From Mustelus asterias (taxonomy: Eukaryota): DNA of 64,000 nt. How positions within the stretch are numbered: position 1 is the first letter of the stretch; each line of letters opens with the position of its first letter. Below, piece after piece: positions 63,232-64,000 of this stretch. Made by a program: the position numbers and the translations under genes. A model generated the notes under the pieces. The model ran no database searches and had not been told where the DNA came from. It saw only the letters and a list, made by a program, of their open reading frames with translations. The stretch spans positions 54,374,001-54,438,000 of the forward strand of contig NC_135807.1 of NCBI RefSeq assembly GCF_964213995.1, in the 5' to 3' direction.

Positions 63232-64000
63232 CGTAAGAAGTCTCACAACACCAGATTAAAGTCCAAGAAGTTTATTTGGTAGCAAAAGCCACTAGCTTTC
63301 GGAGCGCTGCTCCTTCGTCAGGTAAGTGGGAGTTCTGTTCACAAACAGGGCATATAAAGACACAAACTCAATTTACAAAATAATGGTTAGAATGCGAGTC
63401 TTTACAGGTAATCAAGTCTCAAAGGTAAAGACAATGTAAGTGGAGAGAGGGTTAAGCACAGGTTAAAGAGATGTGTATTGTCTCCAGCTGGGACTGTTGG
63501 TGACATTTTGCAAGCCCAGGCAAGTCATGAGCATCGTGAGGGTTACAGATAGTGTGACATGAACCCAAGATCCCGGTTGAGGCCGTCCTCATGTGTGCAG
63601 AACTTGGCTATCAGCCTCTGCTCAGTGACTCTGCGTTGTTGTGTGTCGTGAAGGCCATCTTGGAGAACGTGTTCCCAAAGATCAGAGGCCGAATGCCCGT
63701 GACCGCTGAAGTGTTCCCCAACAGGAAGATAACACTCTTGCCTGGTGATTGTCAAGCAGTGTTCATTCATCCATTGTCGTAGCGTCTGCATGGTTTCCCC
63801 AGTGTACCATGCCTCGGGACATCCTTTCCTGCAGCGTTTCAGGTAGACAACGTTGGCCGAGTTGCAAGAATATGTACCGTGTACTTGGTGGATGGTGTTC
63901 TCACGTGAGATGATGGCATCCATGTCAATGATCCGGCACGTCTTGCAGAGGTTGCTGTGGCAGGGTTGTGTGGTGTCATGGTCACTGTTCTCCTGAAGGC
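63232..64000 (-). mobile_element. Penelope-like element (family 1): GIY-YIG endonuclease (ORF 63543-63923), 3' UTR and hammerhead; continues past the window
   Basis: CNSANVVYL.RC..C...YTGET...LR..MNEH..PVGEHF..E..LI.KF.T...GLN.D; CTGACGA-AGGAGCAGCGCTCC-GAAA at 63297-63321 (minus). Confidence 0.95.

Overview
Eukaryotic, repeat-saturated DNA, most likely from a shark or other cartilaginous fish (inferred from HE1/V-SINEs, Deu-domain SINEs and the CR1, Rex-Babar and Penelope families present). I can support no intact host protein-coding gene, rRNA, tRNA or CRISPR array; nearly all listed ORFs are transposon debris or low-complexity artefacts. Main content: a decayed two-gene PIF/Harbinger transposon (spliced Myb/SANT gene convergent with a DDE transposase, 23224-29012) and a related MITE (56765-57861); further Harbinger fossils and MITEs; a fossil Gypsy gag-pol (about 56.3-60.5 kb, minus strand); a solo LTR; a Tigger/pogo-type MITE; many LINE and SINE pieces; and at least three Penelope-like families carrying minimal hammerhead-ribozyme cores. 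The two most unusual items are a ~308-nt A-tailed element with a U2 snRNA head (nt 1-37) and a body of twin hairpins (1409-1716), and a Penelope palindrome whose axis lies on hammerhead stem II (34857-34985). Family names come from recognition by eye, not from database searches, and boundaries of old elements are approximate.
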